A DNA stretch of 64,000 nucleotides from Octopus sinensis (Eukaryota), in NCBI RefSeq assembly GCF_006345805.1, contig NC_042999.1, positions 50,654,001-50,718,000 on the forward strand, given 5' to 3'. The notes beneath the pieces were generated by a model that saw only the letters and a program-made list of their open reading frames with translations, did no database searches and was not told the DNA's origin. Below, piece by piece: positions 1 to 12,934 of this stretch. Each line of letters begins with the position of its first letter. The stretch's first letter is position 1. A program made the translations under genes and the position numbers.

Positions 1-265
1 GCCTTAATAAAGTTGATCATAGAATATGTCACAAACTGCATGACCTCAGTATAGTTGGAAAGTTAGGAGAGTGGCTAGCTAAAAGGTAGGATCAGGCAGC
101 AGTGGCCAATGGAGCCACCTCCAAGAAAATGCAAATAATGAGTGGTATCCCACAGGGTATTGTCTTGGGGTCACAACTGTTTGAAGTGGCCCTCTCAAAT
201 ATGCCCTCATCCACACAGAGATCTAAGATCATAAGCTGTGCTGATGACACAAATGTCTCACAGGT
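1..265 (+). pseudogene. Degenerate CR1-clade LINE reverse transcriptase fragment
   Basis: Translates to KVDHRI..HKLHDL..VGKLGEWL and SGIPQGIVLGSQLF...CADDT, matching the RT motifs SGVPQGSVLGP and YADD; frame disrupted. Confidence 0.75.
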
Positions 266-289
266 AATACAAAACTAATTTAATAAGTG

Positions 290-520
290 CCAACACAGTG
301 GCCGAGGCATACCAGTCTCCCCTCTCCATGCCACAGATGTTATTCAAGGGAAAGGTAAAGGCGGATATAACTTGGCACCAGTGGCATTGCAACTCATTTC
401 TATAGCTGTGTGAACTGGAGCAACATGAAATAAAGTGTGTTCCTCAAGAACACAACACACAGCCTGGTCTGGGAATCAAACTCACAGCCTCTCGATTGTA
501 AGCCCTATGCTCTAACCACA
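290..520 (-). mobile_element. tRNA-derived SINE (family D), partial
   Basis: Shares the ggcaccagt...gaactggagcaacatgaaataaagtg...aagaacacaacacacagcc block with copies at 16255-16570, 17490-17780 and 20320-20610; tRNA-like head on the minus strand. Confidence 0.7.
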
Positions 521-884
521 GAGCCATATACCTTACATACATACATACATACATATATTACCACTTTTTTTTTTGTAACATTATATATATGTACACACAT
601 ATATATATATCATCGTTTAACATCCATGGTAGAATTGTTAGCATGCTAGACAAATGATTCACAGCATTTCTTCCAGTTTCACATTTTGAGCTCAAATTCC
701 ACTGTGGTCAACTTTGGCTTTCATACTTCCAGAGTAGACAAAAATAAGTACCAGTCAAACACTAGGGACAATGAAATTGACTAATCATCTCCCAACCAAA
801 ACTTCAGGCTTTGAGCCTATGGCAAAAAGGATTATTAAAAGTCCACATTTTAAAATCATATCTTCAAAAAGTTACTCTCTCTCC

Positions 885-1259
885 TCTTTTACTCTTTTAC
901 TTGTTTCAGTCATTTGACTGTGGCCATGCTGGAGCACCGCCTTTAGTCAAGCAAATCGACCCCAGGACTTATTCTTTGTAAGCCAAACCACTAAGTTACA
1001 AGGACGTAAATACACCAGCATCGGTTGTCAAGCGATGTTGGAGGGACAAACACAGACACATAAACATATACACACACACACACACACATATATACGACAG
1101 GCTTCTTTCAGTTTCTGTCTACCAAATCCACTCACAAGGCTTTGGTCAGCCCAAAGCTATAGTAGAAGACACTTGCCCATGTTTCTACACAGTGGGACCG
1201 AACCCGGAACCATGTGGTTGGTAAGCAAGCTACTTACCACATAGCCACTCATATGCCTA
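885..1259 (-). mobile_element. tRNA-derived SINE (family A, internal microsatellite)
   Basis: About 15 copies in the window; head ggagtggctgtgtggtaag...ggttcagtccc, CORE-like accttgggcaagtg, internal (TA/TG)n, tail gaaacaagtaaaagag. Confidence 0.85.
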
Positions 1260-1515
1260 TAGTTAGTATACATTTTTAAATAATATAAAAGATTGAAAAT
1301 AATAAAATACATTCATTGTTTCAGATTTGAATTCTTTTTTTTTTATTTATAAAACATTCAGGTTCTTTGCACTATAAACTTGTTAGTTAATTTTTGTAAT
1401 GTCTGAATATATTTCATACTTGTAATAAATTTCTTGATTAATTCACTGAACATATGTGAAAAATTTTAATGATTTTAAGCATGAGAAAATTAAATATTGC
1501 ATTATATTCTATCTG

Positions 1516-2166
1516 TTCACGTCCGTTGCCAGCCTCGGCTGGCCCCGTGCCGGTGACACGTAAAAGCACCATCCGTTCGTGGCCGTTTGCCAGCTCTGTC
1601 TGGCCCCGTGTCGGTGGCACGTAAAAGCACCATCCGTCCGTGTCCATTGCCAGCCTCGGCTGGCCCCCGTGCCGGTGACACGTAAAAGCACCGTCCGCTC
1701 GTGGCCGTTTGCCAGCTCTGTCTGGCAACCGTGTCGGTGGCACGTAAAAGCACCATTCGTTCACGTCCGTTGCCAGCCTCGGCTGGCCCCCGTGCCGGTG
1801 ACACGTAAAAGCACCGTCCATTCATGGCCGGTTGCCAGCTCTGTCTGGCCCCGTGTTGGTGGCACGTAAAAGCACCATCCGTTCGTGTCCGTTGCCAGCA
1901 TCGCCTGGCCCTGTGCCGGTGACACGTAAAAGCACCATCCGTTCGTGGCCGTTCGCCAGCTCTGTCTGGCACCTGTGCAGGTGGCACGTAAAAAACACCC
2001 ACTACACTCGCGGAGTGGTTGGCGTTAGGAAGGGCATCCAGCCGTAGAAACACTGCCAGATCTGACTGGGCCTGACGAAGCCTTCCAGCTTCACAGACCC
2101 CAGTTGACCCGTCCAACCCATGCTAGCATGGAAAACGGACGCTAAACGATGATGATGATGATGATG
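1516..2166 (+). mobile_element. RTE-derived non-autonomous element with a 5' tandem array of ~61-bp units and a (GAT)n tail
   Basis: 8 repeats of gtg(a/g)cacgtaaaagcacc at ~61-bp period (1553-1999), then the ggcgttaggaagggcatccagc motif and a catgctagcatggaaaacggacg...(gat)n tail; related copies at 22440-22650, 29860-30015 and 62348-62438. Confidence 0.65.
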
Positions 2167-3140
2167 ATACTATGGTATTTAAAACAGTATACTTATTTTC
2201 AAATGTATGATTTTTTTTTAAATGAGAAATTTTAATGATGACAGTATACCAACAGCATTCCAGTATATTTTGTTAGAGATACTGTAGCAAAAGTTTTGAT
2301 ACAGATACAGGTAGAACACAGTAGGTAAACATGATGTTAGCAATATATGTAAATTACAGGCCTCTCATTCGCAATATTTGTGGTCCAATCTCATTTCAAT
2401 ACCTCATAAGTGTTCTGTAATAAATATACATGTAAAGTGTACCAAAGAAGACACTGCTTGGATTGTTCCACAGACTGGAACAATACTTTAGGAGAGTTTG
2501 CAGCCTTACAATTTCTTGGTGTGATGAGGAAGTTCTATGCCATAATTTTTGTGTCTGTTCACCATCCAATCTTCAATTACTTTAGCAAAACCACTAATGA
2601 AAGCATGACAAATGACATCAAACACAATAAAAGTTTTTAAAAAAAAGACACGTCTACAGTTTACCTCTGCCACATACAATTAAGCACTGATCTTCATTGA
2701 AAATAAATTGAAAATGACCATGGCTGGAAGAATTCTGAACTTCAAGAACTGTCAGCTCCAGTAAGAACTGTAGCTGCAACTTTCAGTTGAGAAATTCTTT
2801 AGGTAAATAAAACCGGAACCCTTGTGCCAGCTTTAATTGAGCAGATCTGTGAACAGTAATGTATTCCAGCTGTAACTATCCAATCTTTATTTCTTGCTAG
2901 TATTTGTGTAACCTGGACTACATTATCAACTGTGTCCATCAAGTTTGTAAGATGATAGGGTGTGATCTGAGGGACATTTAGCTGATTTTTCTAGCAAATC
3001 AAGTGACTCCCTCCCCATTGAGGCTACCTAGTTTTCTTGTGAAGTTATTGTTGTAGGCTAACTTGTTGATCAGGGACATCTGATCAGGGTTAATCTTAAG
3101 TTAACCTTGATCAAATAAAGGTCAAAAATATTTGTTCACA

Positions 3141-3324
3141 GGCATAGGAGTGGTTGTGTGGTAAGTAGCTTGCTTACCAACCACATGGTTCCGGGTTCAG
3201 TCCCACTGTGTGGCACCTTGGTCAGGTGTCTTCTACTATAGCCTCGGGCCGACCAAAGCCTTGTGAGTGGATTTGGTAGACGGAAACTAAAAGAAGCCTA
3301 TTGTATATATGTATATGTGTATAT

Positions 3325-3372
<48 letters not shown>

Positions 3373-4160
3373 ACACACACACACATGCAAAGGAGACTGA
3401 TAGAATAAGTACTAGGCTTACAAAGAATAAGTCCTGGTGGGTGATATGCTCAACTAAAGGCGGTGCTCCAGCATGGCCACAGTCAAATGACTGAAACGAA
3501 TAATCCAAATCTTGCATGAGATTGTCTGAGAGACAAAATGGTGTTGAACATTTACCATTTACATTCTGTAATTCTAGGCTCTTAAAGTAGTGGAATAAAA
3601 GCCCCTTATTTATAAAAGAGAAAAGTGCAGGTAACAGGAAGAGCATCCATCTGGCTACACAAAAAAAACTGCCTCAAATAAAAAAAAAACCCAGCCTAAC
3701 CTTTGTAAAATTTAGTCATAAAGCAAATTACTGAACTGAGTTAATATATTAAAGTTTGTCTTCTCGTTAATAAAGAGCAGGGTGAGTGAAAAACTGACTT
3801 ACCATTTTTTAATTTAAAAGTCACCCAAGTACATACTCTTTTACTTGTTTCAGTCATTTGACTGCGGCCATGCTGGAGCACCGCCTTTAATCGAGCAACT
3901 CGACCCCAGGGCTTATTCTTTTGTAAGCCCAGTACTTATTCTATCGGTCTCTTTTTGCCGAACCGCTAAGTAACAGGGACATAAACACACCAGCATCGGT
4001 TGTCAAGCAATGCTAGGGGGACAAACACAGACACGCAAACACACACACGCATATATATATATACATATATACGATGGGCTTCTTTCAGACTCCATCTACC
4101 AAATCCACTCACAAGGCTTTGGTCGGCCCGAGGCTATAGTAGAAGACACTTGCCCAAGGT
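3141..4160. mobile_element. Tail-to-tail pair of family A SINEs around a ~340-bp spacer (copy 1 of local duplication)
   Basis: Plus-strand SINE 3141-3497, spacer 3498-3835, minus-strand SINE 3836-4160; the spacer recurs at 9941-10277. Confidence 0.8.
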
Positions 4161-4659
4161 CTTCTACTATATGTGTGTGTGTGTGTTTGTGTTTGTCCCC
4201 CTCAACATCTCTTGACAACCGATGCTGGTGTGTTTATGTTCCTGTAACTTGGTGCTTCGGCAAAAGAGACTGATAGAATAAGTACTAGGCTTACAAAGAA
4301 TAAGTCCTGGGGTCGATTTGCTCGACTAAAGGCGGTGCTCCAGCATGGTTGTAGTCAAATGACTGAAACAAGTAAAAGAGTAAAAAGAGAGACCATCTCA
4401 TCCATGATTTTGCCTTTCATTGTTTCCATTTCACATTACACTTGCCCAAGGTGCCACACAGTACAAGGAAATCCAAAACCATTTGGTCGCAAAGTGAATT
4501 TGCTGATTCTACAGATATGTCTGATCACAAAGGTATACACCGCAATGAACAATTTAAAGTTGGAATATATGAAAAAGACTGCAGAGTCCCATTAGAAATG
4601 CTCTTGACCATACATCTATTGGATAAGGGCTGGCCTAGTGCTAAACAATAATGACTATT

Positions 4660-4746
4660 GCAATGCATGCATGCATGCATGCATGCATGCTGCATGCATG
4701 CATGCATGCATGCATGCATGCATGCATGCATACATACATACATACA

Positions 4747-4777
<31 letters not shown>

Positions 4778-5025
4778 CAACATACATACATACATACATA
4801 CATACATACATACATACATACATACATACATACATACATACATACATACATACATACATACATACATACATACATACATACATACATACATACATACATC
4901 CATACATACTCATACATACATTACATACGACTACATACATACCTACATACAAATTACATACTACATACATACATAATACATAAACATTACATACTACATA
5001 AATACATTACATACATACATACATG
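4660..5025. repeat. Compound (ATGC)n/(ATAC)n microsatellite
   Basis: Direct reading of the sequence. Confidence 0.95.
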
Positions 5026-5225
5026 ACATGTCTTCATACCTTCCTCTCCTGTGTCACTTTCTTAGCAATACCTAATATTTCTACATTTGCCATCTCTGAA
5101 TAACAGATGTTGTCAGTATAAATCATCTGTCTGTAATCGTTAATACAATATGTATGATACGCATCTATGATACCTCTATATCATTTGCATATGTTTCTAT
5201 GTGCCTGTATCCTATGATGCTCTGT

Positions 5226-5231
<6 letters not shown>

Positions 5232-5274
<43 letters not shown>

Positions 5275-5287
5275 ATATATATATACA

Positions 5288-5322
<35 letters not shown>

Positions 5323-5533
5323 TATATATTATATATATATATAATATATATATACAATATATATACATATATATTCTATATACATATATATACACATATA
5401 TATATATATACAATATATACAATATATATATATATAACATATATATACACATATATATATATAAGTATATATATAATATACTTATATATATATATACATA
5501 TATAGAATATATACATATATATATATATATACA

Positions 5534-5584
<51 letters not shown>

Positions 5585-5595
5585 CATATATATAT

Positions 5596-5638
<43 letters not shown>

Positions 5639-5880
5639 TATTATATACACATATATTATATATACATATATATATTACATTATATATATATACATATATA
5701 TATATACATACACATATATATATACATACAAATATATATATACTACACATATATATATATAATACACATAATATATATACACACACATATATATAACATA
5801 CAATATATATATACATACACATATATATATATATATACATATATAATATATACACACACACACAATTATATAATATATAT

Positions 5881-5910
<30 letters not shown>
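5232..5910. repeat. Long degenerate (AT)n microsatellite
   Basis: Direct reading of the sequence. Confidence 0.95.
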
Positions 5911-5911
<1 letters not shown>

Positions 5912-6265
5912 AAACCTCCCATACCACCTGTATATGTATGTCTGCAACTTCAGATGTTATCTGTATTTCGATGTCTGTGTGCGTGATTTTCTGAAACTTG
6001 TGTGTGTGTTTGTGTAATTTCTGAAAGTGTGTATATGCCCATAACTTCTGGTATCATATGTGTATGCGCATGTGTGTGTGTACGTGCACATGAGTCTAAA
6101 TGTGTGAATGTATGTAATCTTCACACCATCTATGTATATGTATGTGTTTGTAAATTCTAACAGCCATTTTTTAGTTTATAACTTCTGTTATCATTTGTGT
6201 GTGTATATGAATGTGAACATCACCTCTCATACACTGTGTCGGTGTCTGTCTTACCTCTGATATTA

Positions 6266-6574
6266 TAAACATTATTTACTTTATTTACATTATTTACATT
6301 TGATGGATATTTGTCCTCATCTTGTTTGTTATTAACACAGCGTTTTGGCTGAAATACCCTCCAGCCTTCTTCAGGTGTCTTAGGGAAATTTGGAAATTTC
6401 GAACTTGGGTTCTCATCCCCAAGGTATTTTTCAATGTATTACTATATTATATTATTATTATTATTATTATTTCTTCAGGTAACTGCTTGGAATCGAACTC
6501 AGAATCTTGGGGTTAGTAGCCCGCGCTCTTAACCACTACGCCATATGCCCACAGGCATATGGCGTAATGGTTAA
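6266..6574 (-). mobile_element. tRNA-headed SINE-like element with a hammerhead-containing tail
   Basis: Minus strand: A box TGGCGTAGTGG, 7-nt loop CTACTAA, B box GAGTTCGATTCC (6550-6485), (AAT)n, then an HHR motif at 6335-6378; inverted partial head at 6554-6574. Confidence 0.7.
6335..6378 (-). ncRNA. Type I hammerhead ribozyme motif, degenerate (G12A, U16.1C)
   Basis: ACAC-CTGAAGA-A-GGCTG(gagggtattt)CAGCC-AAAA-C-GCT-GTGT; stems I and II pair perfectly. Confidence 0.75.
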
Positions 6575-7544
6575 ATATAGAACTTTGATATTATACTCCT
6601 ATAAGTGACCATTAGCTCTGAAACCATCTGTCTACATGTGTGTGTGTGTGTGTGTACATATGTGTAACTTCTGATATTATCTGTAACCTTTGATAACATC
6701 TGTGTGTGTGTGTGGCTACGTCTGAATCAGAGTGTAGAATTCTGAGATACTGTCTGTGTGTAAGTATGTATAGAAACCTTAAATACTATCTGCTTGGCCA
6801 TGTATTTCTATGTGTGTGTGTGCTTGTATCCATAAGTGTCCATTTGTGTATGAGCATGTGGAAAACTAAGATACTATCTGCATGTCTGTATGTGTCTAAG
6901 TGTGCTTATGTATGTGCTTGTGTACATGTCAGTATGCGTTCAATGTGTTCATATGTGTGTGTATGTAAAACCCTTAGATACCATTTGTGGACATAACCTC
7001 TAACACCTTGCTTTGTCATCAAAACACAATATACAATATACACTCAGTCATGTATTATACAATCACATCCTTTTTATCATTTTTTACAATATACAATCAT
7101 AGCATTTGCATATAATGGACAAAACAGTGAATAGCATACATACTATCTCAATGTACTTCCATTCAGCTTTTCTCTTGATTTCACATTGCATATCAAATCA
7201 GAGAAAAAAAAATCATTTCTGTATATAGCTGTATGCATAACATAGGGAGACATGTGATAGAAATAATAATCATTGCACAGCATACAAGCATATACAATTC
7301 CTATTGTATGAAATACATTGAAAACAGACACAGAAAATAGGCAGGGTTTCAAAAATATTTCTAAATATTTGTCTATGTGTGCACTATTCATAGTGTATGA
7401 GTGTGTGTGTGTGTGTGTGTGTGCGTGTGTGCACGTGAGAAAGAGTTATGATAGCAATGAACACAAAATGAAAGAAGACAACACAGGAGAGATAAGTTTG
7501 AACCAACATTGTATAAGCTTAATCCTTAAAAGAAAAGCAAGGAG

Positions 7545-7580
7545 TCTTAACATTTTGGCTACTAGTCCTTCATCAGAAAA
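7545..7580 (-). ncRNA. Minimal type I hammerhead ribozyme motif, degenerate
   Basis: TTTT-CTGATGA-A-GGACTAGTAGCC-AAAA-T-GTT-AAGA; compatible with an ancestral CCGAAACGTT altered by two CpG transitions. Confidence 0.5.
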
Positions 7581-7621
7581 AATATTTATGTGCGTGTATG
7601 CATACAAATTCACATAATATA

Positions 7622-7664
<43 letters not shown>

Positions 7665-8192
7665 TTGTGTTTGTCCCCCCAACATCGCTTGACAACCAAT
7701 GCTGGTGTGTTTATGTCCCTGTAACTTAGCGGTTCAGCAAAAGAGACTGATAGAATAAGTACTAGGCTTCCAAAGAATAAGTCCAGGGGTCAATTTGCTC
7801 GACTAAAGGCAGTGCTCCAGCATGACCACAGTCAAATGACTGAAACAAGTAAAAGAGTAAGGCATTTTGTCTAACACTCTAAATATTTGAGCAACCGACT
7901 GTGCTGGACTGGTACTTTACTGATTTTGAAAAGATGATGAGCAAAGCTGACCTTGTGACTGTGGTTTCAATTCCTGGAGTGAGCAGTGCCTTATGTTCTT
8001 AAACAGAACACTTCAGATCACATTGCTCTAGTCCACTTAGTTGTGAATGAGTTCCAGCATAGCTGGGAAATTAGCCCTTGCATCCACAAGTTTATCAGGC
8101 TAGAAGAAAATGATTTGATCATGAAACACATGTGTGCATGCGTCAGTGTGTGTTTGCATGCATGTGTCTGTGTGTGCGTGCACATGTACATG

Positions 8193-8227
<35 letters not shown>

Positions 8228-8845
8228 CTTTGTGTCTGTGTTTGTCCTCCACTGCCTTTTAACAACCGATGTTGGTGTGTTTACACCCACCATAACTTAG
8301 CAGGTCAGCAAATCAGACTGATTGAATAAGTACCAGGCTTAAAAAAATAAAGTACCAGGGCTAATTCATTTGGCTAAGATTCTTCAAAGCAGTGCACCAG
8401 CATGGCTGAAACAAATAAAAGATAAATAATAATAAAAAAAAAACTTAGAGGAAGAAAGGGAGCACCAAAAACATGAAGGAAGCCAGCTTCAGAAGGGTGA
8501 CCAAAAACAGACATATGCAACAGTAAAAACTACTAAAGACAACTAAGATCTACGTAATGATATTAAATAGAACAACAGTTTAAGGATGGGAATTGTTCCC
8601 ACTAATGAGCTTTCATACAGTCTCCATCTAAAGAAGACAACCCCTGTTGTTGACATTGAGTAGCATGGTCCTTTCCTCTTCCATATTCTAGAGAGGTCAC
8701 TCGCTCGAGCAGCCTCAAGCCAACAGGTTTTGAGATCTGATGATACACCACAAAGCTAGAGCTTTATGGACGTGAAACCCAAGGTAATCCCATAAACCAG
8801 CCTTATCTAAACTTATTTATATATTATATATTAAAACTATTAAAA

Positions 8846-9235
8846 CTATATTCCCTGGAGCGTAGGCGGGAAAGATATGCCATAATATACATCTGGAAGA
8901 TCCTGGAGGGAAGTGTCCTGAACTTTGGCATCGAGAGTTACGCAAATGCCAGAACTGGGCGCCACTGCGTGGTGCCTAGGACTCCACACTTGCCATCAAG
9001 ATGTAGGACAAGATTCTGTGATAGCCTGGGCTTCCGAGGCCCACAGCTCTTCAATATCCTCCCGAAGAACCTGAGAGACCTGCATGGGGTGGATGCAGAT
9101 GTCTTTAAAATGAAGCTGGATCTCTTCCTGTCAGGTGTCCCAGATGAACCAACTTCACGGCAGGAGGGGCAGATGAGGGCAGCTGCATCGAACTCTCTCA
9201 TGCACCAAATGGCAGTTGCTAGAAAGCTTTCGTGA
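8846..9235 (+). pseudogene. CR1-clade LINE 3' ORF2 fragment
   Basis: LYSLERRRERYAIIYIWKILEG...GPQLFNILPKNLRDL...FKMKLDLFLSGVPDEP is typical of the CR1 ORF2 C-terminus; (ATCA)n tract at ~9305-9330. Confidence 0.8.
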
Positions 9236-9523
9236 AGTGAAACCAAGTAGCAACACCAAATGGCAGTGCCCCAGCATGGCCACAGTTCATAAGCTGAAAC
9301 TAGGATCAATCAATCAATCAATCAATCAATCATATATATATATATATATTATATATATATATAATTTAATGTAAACAGTATAAAGATATGAGCTACTGAA
9401 AGTTTCTTGCTGTGGAAACATGTACCTAGGAAGGTTTTTAAAACACATCTTTTATCTCCAAGCAATTTCCAGCACATGCACACACACACAGACATATATA
9501 TATATACATATATACATATATAT

Positions 9524-9716
9524 AGGTGTAAGAGTGGCTGTGTGGTAAGTAGCTTGCTTACCAACCACATGGTTTGGGTTCAGTCCCACTGCATTGCACC
9601 TTGGGCAAGTGTCTTCTACTATTGCCTCAGGCTACTATCGCCTTGTGAGTATAAACTGAAAGAACTATGCGTGTATATATGTTTGTGTGTGTGTTTGTCT
9701 CTCCAACTGATGTTGG

Positions 9717-9809
<93 letters not shown>

Positions 9810-10686
9810 TACACACATACACACACACATGCAAAGAGACCGATAGAATAAGTACTAGGCTTACAAAGAATAAGTCCTGGGGGGTGATTTGCTCAACTAA
9901 AGGCGGTGCTCCAGCATGGCCACAGTCAAATGACTGAAACGAATAATCCAAATCTTGCATGAGATTGTCTGAGAGACAAAATGGTGTTGAACATTTACCA
10001 TTTTACATTCTGTAGCCCTAGGCTCTTAAAGTAGTGGAATAAAAGCCCCTTATTTATAAAAGAGAAAAGTGCAGGTAACAGGAAGAGCATCCATCTGGCT
10101 ACACAAAAAAAACTGCCTCAAATAAAAAAAAGACCAGCCCAACCTTTGTAAAATTTAGCCATAAAGCAAATTACTGAACTGAGTTGATATATTCAAGTTT
10201 GTCTTCTCGTTAATAAAGAGCAGGGTGAGTGAAAAAATTACTTACCATTTTTAATTTAAAAGTCACCCAAGTACATACTCTTTTACTTGTTTCAGTCATT
10301 TGACTGCGGCCATGCTGGAGCACCGCCTTTAATCGAGCAACTCGACCCCAGGACTTATTCTTTTGTAAGCCCAGTACTTATTCTATCGGTCTCTTTTGCC
10401 GAACCGCTACGTAACGGGGACATAAACACACCAGCATCGGTTGTCAAGCAATGCTAGGGGGACAAACACAGACACACAAACACACACACGCATATATATA
10501 TATATATATATATACATATATATGATGGGCTTCTTTCAGACTCCGTCTACCAAAACCACTCACAAGGCTTTGGTCGGCCCGAAGCTGTAGTAGAAGACAC
10601 TTGCCCAAGGTGCCACGCAGTGGGACTGAACCCGGAACCATGTGGTTGGTAAACAAGCTACTTACCACACAGCCACTCCTGCGCCT
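9524..10686. mobile_element. Tail-to-tail pair of family A SINEs around a ~340-bp spacer (copy 2 of local duplication)
   Basis: Plus-strand SINE 9524-9940, spacer 9941-10277, minus-strand SINE 10277-10686; near-identical to 3141-4160. Confidence 0.8.
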
Positions 10687-11347
10687 ATATATATATTTTG
10701 ACTAAATATTTTATTTTTACTACAAGTTTTTGAGGATTACTTTTGTAGAGAAAAATTAATATTTCTCATGAAGTAAAGGCAAAACAATAAAAGCTTTGTT
10801 TTGTTTGGGGCATTTTTTGCATAGTATTTAGTTCTATCACAATAGTTTCAGCTGCCTAGTCTCATTGGAGGTGCTTTCTTTTTTTTTTACCTTTCATTTC
10901 TCCACACTCAATAAAATGAACATTATTCAATTTTTTTTTGCTAAAATATATAACTGGAAACATATGACCATAAACTTCTCCTAAAAAGAATTATTTCTGA
11001 ACCTTGTCAATAGAAATCACTATTTTATAACATAATTATTCTTTTCATCCTTTCAAGTGTATTTTTTTCTCTTGCTTCCTTCTCCTGTTGTTATCAGTAG
11101 AAATGGAGAAACAGAGTGCAGTTCCTGCTTCTTTCAGCAAACAATGTTGATAGGATAAATTTCCCTATTACACTGCTTCATGATTTTATTCTGTATTCAT
11201 TTTTTATTCTTTATAGAATATATTTCTTTAATTGCTAAGCAAACTAAATATGCAGCATGTGTATGTATTCATGTATCTGTATGCATGTATTTATGTATGT
11301 GTGCATATATTTATGTATGTATGTATGTATGTATGTATATATATACA

Positions 11348-11383
<36 letters not shown>

Positions 11384-11924
11384 TGAGAGAGAGAGATGTA
11401 TATATATATATATATACATACACACACACATATATATATATATATATATGTACATATATATATATATAATATACATATATATACATACACATATATATAC
11501 ATACACATATGCATGCACACACACACACACACACACATATGCATCATCCAGGCCTGGTTAACCCACAAATATTCATCCACTAAGGCAGTGTTCAATATTA
11601 ATGTTTATATATACATATACATACTATATACAACATATACACACACACACACACATACATATATATACATATGAATATACATTTATATTTACACTCACAG
11701 ACACACACACACATATACGCACATACATACATGTATAGAGAGAAGAAAGAAAGGGAAAAGTGTGAGGTAAATAGGAATTATTCTTTGATAATTTTCCCAC
11801 TGTGGTTATGCCCATGCTGTGACACTGCCAGAAACACAAACAGAAGACAAAGAAGTGTGAAAGAGGAGAGGAAAAAAGAGAAACTAAAATGTGTATGTGT
11901 GTGTGTGTGTGTGTGTACGTATCT

Positions 11925-12324
11925 CTCTTTTACTCTCTTTTACTTGTTTCAGTCATTAGACTGCAGCCATGTTGGAACACCACCTTTAGTCGAGCAAATC
12001 GACCCCAGGACTTATTCTTTGTAAGCCTAGTACTTATTCTGTCAGTCTCTTTTGCCGAACCACTAAGTTATGGGGAAGTAAACACACCAACATCAGTTGT
12101 CAAGCGATGTTGGGGGGGTCAGACACAGACACACACATATATATACATATACATATATACAACGGGCTTCTTTCAGTTTCCATCTACCAAATCCACTTAC
12201 AAGCCTTTGGTTGGCCCGAAGCTATAGTAGAAGACACTTGCCCAAGGTGGCACGCAGTGGGACTGAACCCGGAACCATGTGGTTGGTAAGCAAGCTACTT
12301 ACCACACAGCCACTCCTACGCCTA
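11925..12324 (-). mobile_element. Family A SINE
   Basis: Full-length match to other window copies. Confidence 0.85.
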
Positions 12325-12705
12325 TTTAAAAAAAAGTAAAAAAAAAACACAAAATAAAAAAGGAGGGGGTGATATGGGACTTTGTGGTAGTAGTGATAGT
12401 AGTGGAGAAAATGATAGAAAGAAGATATGAGGAGGGAATTATGAGAAGGAGAGAGGTAGATAGAAAGGAAAAGCTATACAATTAGACTGGAAGGAAAACA
12501 AAAATGCACAGTGAAAGATGAAAGTGAAAGGAAAGAGGAGAAAAATATGTTTTTAACTAACAATAATGAAAAATAATAATGAAAGTGTAGTGTCGTTGTT
12601 GATGTTGATGATGTTGTTGTTGTTGCTATTTAACCCCAGGTCAACTCTGATGAAACAGACCTATGATCAAAAGAATACACGTCGTGACACTGCAGTCATC
12701 TTGCC

Positions 12706-12738
<33 letters not shown>

Positions 12739-12902
12739 CTTCTCCCTCTACTTATCTATCTAGCTATCTATCTGTATCTATCTATTAATCTATTTGTCAG
12801 TCTGTCTGTCTATATATTTTTGCCTCTATCCATCTCTCTTCTTCTCTCTCTATCTATCTATGTATCACCCTATTTCTATCTTTATCTCTCTCTTTCTGTC
12901 CA

Positions 12903-12934
<32 letters not shown>

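Noticed and set aside
1516-2000. Repeat array as CRISPR-like
   Set aside because: Eukaryotic context; inter-repeat segments are themselves repeated rather than unique spacers; no cas genes
1438-2116. Overlapping 127-199 aa ORFs on both strands
   Set aside because: Artefacts of the GC-rich 61-bp tandem array
4525-5947. Many 70-200 aa ORFs ([12 protein letters not shown] repeats); similar ones at 11244-11674, 14666-15443 and 62385-62815
   Set aside because: Translations of microsatellites; no coding signal
6478-6550. tRNA-Ser(ACT)-like sequence as a functional tRNA gene
   Set aside because: No convincing acceptor stem pairing; embedded in a repeat; interpreted as a SINE head
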